Position numbers and translations under genes: made by a program. Under the pieces are notes generated by a model. The model worked only from the letters and a program-made list of their open reading frames with translations. It made no database searches and was not told the DNA's origin. From Glycera tridactyla (taxonomy: Eukaryota), in assembly GCA_965644265.1 (NCBI GenBank), contig OZ286470.1, forward strand, positions 10,416,001-10,480,000: a DNA stretch of 64,000 nt. Reading direction: 5' to 3'. Below, in pieces: positions 27,839 through 39,400 of the stretch. Every line of letters starts with the position of its first letter. Position 1 is the first letter of the stretch.

Positions 27839-30407
27839 ATGTGTGTTGGAGTGTGTATGTGCGTGTGCTTGTGCTTGTGTGTGCGTATGCGTGTGTGTGC
27901 GTGCGTGTGTCTGTGCGTGCGTGTACGTATGTGTGTTCTCGTAATGGTCGCTTGTACGGCTGTGCGTAGGTAGTACCATGTATTCTTATGATGAGTGGGA
28001 GACGGTATCCCTTGGTAACCCAGGCTGTCTCAGCTTGACGAACAGCTAAGAGCACGGGGTCATTAATTAATTCACTTGAAAGCTGCGCTGGCATTATTCA
28101 CCAAGTCAATCCGAGATTTCGGCCTAAATTGATTTTCACAAACATAGAGATGGAATCGCGGCGTTAGCAAATGGATCACCACTACAGATGTTGCAATTAA
28201 CTCCCATATTATGAAATTCCATGAAAAACATTCCGATGGCCTATTAGATAGTCAAATAAGGCCAAGTTTCTGAAGAGAGTTACGCAGTTCCAAGTGTAAT
28301 GAGGAGTAAAGCCAGCCTAATTCTAAGTTAACTGCTATGATTCATTTTCAATAGGGATATAATGCTAACCATGGATACTCCGGTTGCAGTCCGATTTGAA
28401 GATATCGTGACGATGGCCACCAGGTATCTAATGACGTGCCTCACGGGTGAATTCACGGAAGGATGGTCTTCTTTTTGTTTGAGAGTCGCGCGGAGTGAGG
28501 TGGATTAAGAAAATGAACAGGTGAGAGGGGGTTGCCAAGTTGTAAACCAATCACTTAAGTTTGGCTCGCGTGGCCAGGGCTGCTGCCACAGATAGACAAA
28601 CACAGCATGGTAACTGTGGATTCCCACACGGCTTCCTCTCCTACGAGACGTTTGTTCATCTTACATTTGCCAGACAGATCAGTGTTTTCCAGGATATTTT
28701 GGGCCAATTATTATCTCTCCCAGGATTCCCCAAAACCTGGATCATCTTTAAGCCAAATCTGATGAGTGATGCTTCTTTTTGGATGGGATTATAGACTGGA
28801 AACATGGATATCTGGATGCTCGATTTTGGGATGGAGAAATTGATTTTCGATTCTTTTGTGACGTTTTCGCTTCGATTGAGACGTGACCATTGCAAGGCGA
28901 CATGAATGAAATCGACATCATTGTTCTTCGAGAATTTTCATAAAGGGTAAGGAGAAAAGGATATATTTTTCAAAATGCAGATATTCACGATCATTTCATA
29001 TAATGACTCTGTCATGACTTGGGCACGTATTCGAAAATTTTCCTACGTAGGTTGTGGAGCCGCAAGATGATGCCAAAACGCAAAATAATGCCTGCGTCAT
29101 TTTGAGGTACTGCATCATTTTGCGGCTCTAAAAGGTACCGTAATTGATGATTATTCCCTCTGTGTTATATTAGAGCCAAACTGACCTGCTGCGAATAGTT
29201 GAGGCCGAATCACGAGAGAGAGAGAGGGAGAGAGAGAGAGAGGGGGGGGGGGGAGAGAGCGAAAGAGAAAGAGAAAGAGAGAGGGAGAGAGAAAGTCTCC
29301 AACTATATTCGTACAATTTCAAGCTTTTTTTCCGTAGATATTACTCGACTTCTTAGGTATCACCTCTTGATTACTTTCCCGATAGGGTTATGATTTCATT
29401 ATCATTCAGCAAAAATATATCGATAACTATAACGAGGTCAAACAAGTTGTACACGATAAGGTACTTTTGACGATGGCGTCACGATCCATAACGGGCTAAT
29501 CACAACTGCCAACCAATTCTTTGTGCCTTTGGCATCTGGCTCAAATGGATCCAGGAATTCGAAGTGAATGTCACTCGAATATTCACCAATCAAATGATGC
29601 TGGGAGTGGATTAAACCAGATGAAGTCTGATGCGTAACATTCGATGAGATGGAGAGATGGAGGAATCAGATGAGCCGACATGCGATAATCTCTTCGTTAA
29701 TAATCACAGAGATTACGATCCGCAAGCAACCAAATCCTCCCAGCACTTTTCACTAAACTCTACCAGTGAAGAACCTATTAAAGTCTTGCGAGCGTTTTAA
29801 AAAGACTCCTACACACTCAACAAAAACTCCTAGTTGCTTTGCAACAGAGCTCATATTTTCTTCTTCCCGGAAGGGTATAAATTATGAACCGGACCCAGGC
29901 ATCATTGGAGATGCAAATTTTCATCAATTCTCACTAGGAAAAATGCTCTTAAAAGAGAATACATGGAGATTTTGTAGCGGTGAAATCTCTGGTGATTTTA
30001 GAATAGTATTTGCGCGAATTCTTTCGATGTTTACATATTTTCATCGTAATAATTCAACTCGAACTCATTGCAATACATCCCAACTACCGGAGATCCCTTG
30101 GCTTTCTCTCTTCATTCAGTACCTGTACATTTTCAGGAGCGCACATTCAATATAGTCAATTAAAACTACTATTGGTTCCTATTACTGATCTTTATACAAT
30201 CTTATACATGTCTGTGCATTTGCAGGGGGTATAAGTGCCCACTACTATGTATTTATGCGTGATTATCTGTGTGAGTAATTTTAGTTGAAATCTTGGGTAG
30301 GGTGGAGCAAGGGTGGATACCCAATTATATGAGATGTTCATATCTGATACAAACTGACTGGGCCACTATTCATGCCATAAATGAGCAGTGTGTGAATGTG
30401 TGGTTTC

Positions 30408-30442
<35 letters not shown>

Positions 30443-33400
30443 CGTGCGTGCACGCGTACGTGTGTATGTGCGTGCGTGCGTGCGTAGCCAGTTTAAATCA
30501 AATCTCTAGCAGTGTGTTTTGTTCGTAAAGATGCGAGCATCCATAATGAATGAACCAGTTCGTACTGTACCATTGCCAAGACTGGAATATTCCCCAACAA
30601 TTAGAATCGATATTTCAATCAACCACTTCTATTTTTCTCTCGCTTTAACTGTGCTCCTCATTTCTGGCTGCCTGCCAACTAGTTACCTGACTCAATCTCT
30701 ATCATATAACTAGACAAAGCCAACATCACTATGACGTCAACGTAGCGCAACTAGCACATGTTGACGTCATAATTACACCATGAGTTTGGTGTCAAACGGG
30801 GTGAACCTCCATAATTAAATGACTAATATACTAGTTCATTCAATATTGGCTCACAGAACTAACATTCAGAAGACGTGCTCACAATGCTGTGAGCGGAATG
30901 GTGTATCCCTTAATGTATTGATGAACAAACTCTCACAACAATTATAAAACAAACACTTGAAATACACCTCTATCACATGCTGTGGTCAGATTAAGGCAGA
31001 TATTCCACTGATTTCAGCTAAAATTTCTATGGGGAATAAAGTTATTTGTGAGGGTGTTATATGGGGCTTACCTTCGACTGTGAGATGTGTGGATGTGCTG
31101 TCACCCTCCACTTCACAAGTATAGTCGGCATCATCATCAGGGGCGGCATTCTTAATCTTCAGGATGCATCTGTTCTCACGCCGAGAGATCTCGAATTTAC
31201 CTGGTGTGTACTGCAAGCAAGAATCAACTATAGTCAGTCCAGGTCCTGATGAAAACGAATATAATAGATGTATAGTGATAAATATAAAGACATATTGTTA
31301 GTGCAAGCCCAGAACTGGTTTGGAACGATGGAGCGAGTGACTGGAGTCAGCCGCTGAGTGGTTGAGTGAGAGTGTGAGTGCCTGAGTGAGTGAGAAAATA
31401 AGTGAGACNNNNNNNNNNNNNNNNNNNNNNNNNNNNNNNNNNNNNNNNNNNNNNNNNNNNNNNNNNNNNNNNNNNNNNNNNNNNNNNNNNNNNNNNNNNN
31501 NNNNNNNNNNNNNNNNNNNNNNNNNNNNNNNNNNNNNNNNNNNNNNNNNNNNNNNNNNNNNNNNNNNNNNNNNNNNNNNNNNNNNNNNNNNNNNNNNNNN
31601 NNNNNNNNNNNNNNNNNNNNNNNNNNNNNNNNNNNNNNNNNNNNNNNNNNNNNNNNNNNNNNNNNNNNNNNNNNNNNNNGCCATCCGACCACGAATATGT
31701 GGGATTATTTGAAGCCCCCGCCCCTGTATCCCAAACAGGGGATGAAATAGTATGGGTTTCATATCCAATCATGCTGGCATCCTTATGCGTCCAAGATTTA
31801 CTCATTGAGCTTTTTACTTAATTTTGGATCAGGAGCATAGTTCAAGGACACCCTGACATTCTACATAAAAGCATAAATACGATCCACTTCAGATGTCAAA
31901 TTGAATGTCATTATGATTTATATTTCAGAGGAATGCAGTTGATTTTGAGACGGGTATCTACATGATCCTATGAGTCACCATGGAATACATCCGCCGTTTA
32001 CGTCATCATTCTGCGCCGAGCACGTGTTCTGATACGTCACAAACCCCCGCGCCATCTGGTGGTCAAGGTCGAGGTCGCTCATCCAAGCTCGACCTATCAC
32101 AATGGAAGAAAGAACACGTGCTTCTCTGGATGTATCCAATGGCAGACCGCGTACTATTGATCAGCGGCACCCGGAATCACCTCATGGATATCATTGATTA
32201 TATCATAATGGATCATTACAAAATAGAGAAATATCAATTATCATTTTTAGCACCTGGATCCTTCTCCCCTCTCGCTGTGAGTGATCTCGGATCGGATTCC
32301 TGGTATGGCGTATTTGTTTGTTTACCCACACAGAGTCTTACTCTCAATATAAAAGCTGGAGACATGGGGAGTTTCCCAGTCGCTGTGAGTTTAATGAGCA
32401 CTGTGCGAGAACTCAAACATCGAATCCGAGTCAAGAAGGGATTTCCAGTTCTACAACAAGAGTTGTTTTCTAGAACCCAAATCATGACGAATGAGACGTT
32501 AATCATAGATCTGGAACTCAATCAACAATCTGAGATTGTTTTACAGATACAACCAGCTCCACCCTTCTTGATTTATGTGAAGACATTCTGGGGATGCGGT
32601 TATTCTTTATTAGTGAATGCTTGCATGACAACGGAGCAGCTACGACTGGCAGTGATGAGGAAGACCATGAGTGATGGAGATACCCTTCTTCAGCATCTCT
32701 GTAAGGAGGTGGCTTACCATAATCTCATCTCAGTCCTGACTAATGGTGTCATAATGGAGGATTCCGATTGTATCAATTTGTATAGCGTTTCTAAGGGCAA
32801 CCAGTTGGAGTTGGTATCAACAGCAGAACAACGGGGCGAATGTGATCACACCATTACCCTGAGACAAGAGGGACACTGTTCCAAAGTAGAACAATGTCAT
32901 CGGTATTCTATCAACCCAATATCCATCAAAGTTGCTAAGTATGATACCTGGTTTATTGTAGCTCTCAAACTACACTGTCTGACCGGGATACCGGTTGATA
33001 AAATTCATTTATATCTCCAACATGATCCTATTGATATGGCCCGTAGTGTTGGTACACTAATAAAGACTAAACTAGCACTTGTGACCTTTACAATGGAAGA
33101 GGAAGGAAGTCTAGATGGGAGGATAACTGCCAATGTGGCGCTTTTGTATGGTCTTACTGAGAAGGTGGTCTGTAATATAAACGATACTGCGCAGCATGTC
33201 ATGCATAAACTACGCAAAAATACCGGAATCGATACGAAACATCATCATCTGTTACATCGTAATGTTAGATTGTTACCGACATCACGCTTGAAAGAAAATA
33301 ATATTCATTCGAGTACCCGTCTTCATTTGATGCTGGTGGATTTTCCAATTCATGTCAGCCATGGTAAAAAGTGCGTAGTAATACAGACAAACATGAGTGA

Positions 33401-36400
33401 AAAGGTTACTGATCTCAGAGACCGAATTAGAGTTGCAATTCCGTGCCTGCCCAAAAGATGTCGCTTTATACTGGGCGGAGAAAATGTGAATCTCGACGGT
33501 TGCCATCTAGTGGCGGAAACGCGAATCTTCATTGACTGTCAACTTCACGCATTGTCAACAACACTTGCATGCCCTGTTTTGCATCTCGTCGTTGGCAAGG
33601 AAACTATGCCAATTCCCACTAAATTACACATGGACCCCCTACATCTGAGCCAACTGGAGAAATTTGTCGGTAAGAAGAACATAGCTCATATGATGCTGCA
33701 TTGTCTTCACTGGTTTCTACGTTGGAGATATCCCGGTACGTACAAGAGGAAAGGACGTCCTATTCCCCTGAAGGACGATAAGGCCCTTCAGCAGGCGGAG
33801 AAGACCTCACCGGTGACCTATCTGGCACCGTTTGAAGGCACTTCGAGGGCCTCCACGGAGAGACCGCCGGTTGCATCGTTGAGCAGACAGAGTAGCTTGC
33901 CAGCGATTCTTTCTGCTAAAACTGATCGATTGCATACGGAATTGAGCGATCTCAGATCGGACGAGTCACAAAAGGAAGGCAAACCTTCCGTCCGATTTGC
34001 GCTACCAAGTGCCATGAAGCAGTAATACAGATGTGGTGAGTGAGTGTGTGGGTGAGTGAGTGAGTGAGTGAGTGAGTGAATGAGGAAATGGGTGAGTGAT
34101 TGATCGATTTCTATTGAAAAGCATGTACAGTCTAACCTGCTCTAAAGACCACCTCTCAAGAAAGACCAGATGCAATCGTGGTAATAACATCAAATGTAAA
34201 TGACTTCTCTACAAAGACCACCCCCTCTATAAAGGCCACTTTATAATGTGACCGAATGCGGTCTTTATAGACAGGTTTGACTGTATCAGCCCAATTGATT
34301 ACATATGCCACGTGTTCCCGCTCGACAAATGCTGAATATTCTCCCCCCGCAGGCAACACTTCTGAATTTCCAGACCAGATGATTGGAGAACAAAGAGATT
34401 GTCAAGTATAAATAACAGACAGTTCAGACACACCTCTCCAAATTCCACATATACCTGATGATCATAACGATGACACAAGCGAATCAGAGACAGCCACAGC
34501 AGTTCCCTAACTCAGGTAAGTCGTTGTACAGCTATGAGAAGAGTTTCTCCACGGATGGGTGAGCGTGATTGGCTGGGGTCACCATTTACTACCTGGACTT
34601 TTATCATGCCATCAATATTTAGGATTTGCAGGTTCACATGGGTGTGACTTCAGTGTCGAGGTTGCTGAGCGAACGAACTAATCCATCAATTTGGTTTCCA
34701 TGATAATAGCGATCAAATCCATTCCATCATCAGGTCAGAAATTATCAATATCAGATAATAAAAGATGAACTCACCTCAATGGGTTCTCCATTCTTGAACC
34801 ACTTGACCTGAGGGTCAGGGTCATTGATCATACACTCCAGTTGTACATCCTTGTGTTGCTTCACCTTCACCGACTTGAGCAACTTCTGTGTGAAGAAGAA
34901 CTGTACTTTCTTCTCTGTTAGCATTAGGGGAAAAAAGAATAGATGAGTAAAAATCAGTTGTCTCTCGTCTGTGATATCAAGTATGAAAACGATTGAAATG
35001 ATAGGATGTTGTTGTGCTTGCTTCATTATTTTACCAAGAGATTATCCACCTACTCGTAGATAGCCTATGCTAATTTGGAATCTTTTCAAGCTGGGTGCTA
35101 GAGNNNNNNNNNNNNNNNNNNNNNNNNNNNNNNNNNNNNNNNNNNNNNNNNNNNNNNNNNNNNNNNNNNNNNNNNNNNNNNNNNNNNNNNNNNNNNNNNN
35201 NNNNNNNNNNNNNNNNNNNNNNNNNNNNNNNNNNNNNNNNNNNNNNNNNNNNTAGGTGGTTGGGTGAATAGAGTTTGAGTGGATGAAGGGATAGAGGGAA
35301 AGATGGAGAAGTGGATGGACGGATAGATAGAGACAGACAGAGAGAGAGACGCACACAGATGCAGAGATCCAGAAAGAGAGAAGGAGAAGAGAACAATAAT
35401 GAGGTAATTGAGAGAATGGATGCAGCTAATTCAAATAATGGCTAGTCTGTGCTGAATCATTGATGTCAGGTTACCATGACGAGTGCTGATGCCAGAGTGA
35501 AGTAGCTACCTCCTCCTCCATAGCATGATGTGGTGAATGACATCTCTCTACCTGGTCTCTGGTGATGCTTCACATCCCACACTTCACATGCAACACTCAG
35601 CAACACACATCACATATAGCAATTAAGTTTGCCACTATGGACAATGTGCTCAGTATATCCCCCTGAGGTTATTGAAAGACGAACCATGTCTTCTCATTCA
35701 GTAACCTCAGGGGGGTATACGAGCTTCCTATGGCAGAGTGATATCAAGAGTCCGAACCATTTTGTGCACTTCGTATACCGCCTGGGGGACAAGGGCTAAG
35801 GCTTCAGGGTAGGTTCCTCACCCTCTGTCCTCAGGCGATATTAAGAAGTGCATAGTACGGGCTCTCGATGTCACCGTGCCATAGAAAGTCCGTACGCACA
35901 ACCATGTATATGCTAAGATCGAAAATTGACGTTTACCACTCTGAGATCTGTGACTGATCTAGTCAGCCAAAGAAAGCAGTCCAATGAGGACTATCTGCGT
36001 CAGAATTCCGGTTAATTTACACACTGCTCAATTTTTGTCATTTATCCTTGGATTAGCAGATAAGCATGGTTGTGCGTTTTTCACATTTGTTCGCTGGCAA
36101 GCTGGTATATCAAATCTTGCATGCACATATATGTTGCAATACATTGAAACATGCAATAATGTTATATGCATCGAAGACGTAAAGTTCTGACATGATACAT
36201 TTCAATCATCTCATGGTTTATATAAAATCCAATTAAGTGTGCACGCATTGCAATGAATACAGGAAATATCTCAAAGACATGTGAAGATGCATGGAATATA
36301 AGATACTGCCTACAATACTATTGATACTGAATGACACAGCGGTATCTCATATGTATCATCGAAATAGCGTATGGATATATATTGAGAATTCCTCATAGAT

Positions 36401-39400
36401 GACAATTTATGACAAACTCTATCACCGATGCCGTCTTCAAATTACCTCACACACAGATCCTTGTAACTAACGGTGTTGATAAGTCAGATATCCGCGTCAA
36501 GTCTCATAGGCAGTTTATATTCCAAGCATCTCCGATACAATTAATGCATGGATTCATCGTTGGTCAGTAAAACAGATCAAATTTACACAATTACCTGTTA
36601 GTTATTCCCCTCTAACAAAATGCGCTCAGTGATGATGTACACAGATTCACACTTTTCTTCAGGACAACTGCATACTGTTAACATTTGGTGAGACATTGGT
36701 CCCTGTACACACCAAAGGAATATGAAAGTACCACTTACTTCACTGTGCGCTATGAGAATCCCGGTTTGGAGGAATGTTGGATAGGAAAACGAAAAAGATC
36801 CTAAAACGATCCCCCACTGAAATACTATGTTTGAGTTGAAGAGCATGGCTTCGTATCGAAAACGTAATTGTAGAGGCTCATTTTTATTCAATGAATGGTA
36901 GGTAACCTTCACCAGTTTCCCTGGTTTAAAAGCTTGACAAACTGCAAGACTCGGGCCTTGTAAACGCGCCGATAGTACACAGGCTAGTCTTACGTTCAAT
37001 GATCACACTACCATTGTTTGGTAGAGAAGAGAGCCGAGTGACTGTCAGCACCTGGGATGAGTGGAGCACTGACGTATGGAGGACCTACTCTATTTACCCT
37101 GCTCAGAATTGCCATTTTCAGAAATGGTGTATATATGATCAAATCCCAAGTAAGCACCAAACCCACTGCTTCCTCGAAATGTTGTGAGCCCTTTTCAGAA
37201 TCGCACAAAATTCGTATCATTCAAACTTTGAAAAGTACCCGGGAACCTTTAGTAAAAAGTACCCGTGGACACATACAGGAAATGGATGAAGTGTAGTCAC
37301 GTGATCCTGACTTTTATCATATTGATGGTCAATATGGGACGGACCTACGATTTATATTAGTGACCATGATGATAAGGCGGAAGTTTCAATACTAATCCCT
37401 TCATATTATCCATGACTAACATCTGTGCCTGTCACATGGAAGATGTTCATTCATCGTGGTAATTCATTAGTACCTCTGTTCTCCACTCAACCCACATGTG
37501 AAATTTTGCCAGTTTCGACAAATTTAAATTTGTAGTTGATTCTATTTTCAAGAAGGTATTCCTCAAGGCTCCGTGGCAGCTGAGGTGAATTTAGGGTTTG
37601 GAAATTTTTACTTGTAATCATGAAAAATATCATACAGAGACCCAAATACGTGTAACTTACCTTTGTTTTCACTTACCGCCTCATAATATGCGCCGATAGA
37701 CCATTCAGTTTTTAAGAAATATTGAGGGTGGGTTGGATTGGTTTGATGGAGACCCGAGGGCGTTTAACAATCTAGCTATGTTATCCTACTCTATCAAAGT
37801 CGGATGCTGACCCTTGCTGGCATCACTTCCACAAACCGTGTACACAAGGTGATGACGATCCAGTGAGGGAGCGTCTAGTATATTGATCTACTCTAGCTAG
37901 CAGTAGCTACCTGCCTATATAATGGGACTTTTCCGCAGTCTATATCACTGATGGTATCTTTGATTTTGATATGCTATCACTGCACTCGGAATAGGTTACT
38001 CTCTGATTGATATCAGCGACGCAGCGGGTGAGCCGTTCAAATAATATTTTTGTCATCATGGAATGCAGGGGTTAGATTGATGGAATTACAGCGTCGTCTT
38101 CAGATAAAGGGCAAGTTTTCGAGTGTGTGGATTCTACATTAGACTAGTTCAATTTTAGACCCGTGAGAATCCATTCCATCTAATTCACTACTAGGTATGA
38201 TAATGTTATGGCATATCCTCCCCGTGGTTATGTTACCTGGTTAATACATAGCTCTGCCACAGTCTAAATCTCTCCATATTATGGTATGTTTGGGCAAAGT
38301 TCTCATGTCAACGGAATATACAGGTTATGTTTCTGAGACTGATCAAGGTATAACTACTTTGCGAATTTCTTTGCCGAATATAGATGAAGTTCAATTGAAT
38401 CGGATTGAATTGGAAGTGGTATGAATGTTTCTCATACTCCACGATCCCATTGAGTGAGACATAAGTTTCATTTATCACATAAGGACTGTTCAAACTTTCA
38501 TCAAATGTTGTATTATCTGCTCATGTACTTAACGGTCATCATTGTGCATGCTTTGAAATTGATTCTGAGGTAAATGCCACTGATCTAAGGTAATTCTTCA
38601 AAATGCAATCAATCCTAGGTGGGGTTGTCTAAATGCAGCCAAGTTTGGGTTGCACAGAATACAACTAAACCGAGGTAGTTGTCGATCTAAATGTACCTGA
38701 CCTCAGGTTGATGTCATTCTGAATGCACCCAACCTGTGATAGATTTTGTTCTGACTGAAGCCAGACTGAGGTATTCGCCATTCTAAATGCACTCAATCGG
38801 AGGCAGTTCCCGTTCTGAATGAAACCAACCTCAGGCAGTTCCAGTTCTAAATGCACTCAACCTGAGGCGGTCGTCATTCTAAATGAACCCAACTTGAGGT
38901 AGTTGTCATTCTAAATGAACTCAACTTGAGGTAGATGTCGTTATGAATGCACCCAACCTGAGGCAGTCGTCATTCTAAATGCACCAAACCTGAGTCAGTC
39001 GTCATCCTGAATGCACCAAACCTGAGTCAGTCGTCATCCTAAATGCACACAACCTACATCAGCTGTCATCCTAAATGCACACAACCTGCGTCAGCTGTCA
39101 TCCTGAATGCACACAACCTGCGTCAGCTGTCATCCTAAATGCATACAACCTGAGTCAGTCATCATCCTAAATGCACACAACCTGAGACAGTCGTCATCCT
39201 AAATGCACCAAACCTGAGTCAGTCGTCATCCTAAATGCACACAACCTGAGTCAGTCGTCATCCCAAATGCACACAACCTAAGACAGTCGTCATTCTAAAT
39301 GCACACAACCTGAGACAGTCGTCATTCTAAATGCACACAACCTGAGACAGTCGTCATTCTAAATGCACACAACCTGCGTCAGCTGTCTTCCTAAATGCAC

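Noticed and set aside
31234-31821. ORFs of 100-156 aa spanning N-runs (also at 6380-7030, 7555-7895, 35042-35396, 45323-45892)
   Set aside because: Their length is an artefact of assembly gaps.
31980-34025. Calling the nested ORF polyubiquitin or ISG15
   Set aside because: The repeats are highly divergent, have linkers and lack di-glycine ends.
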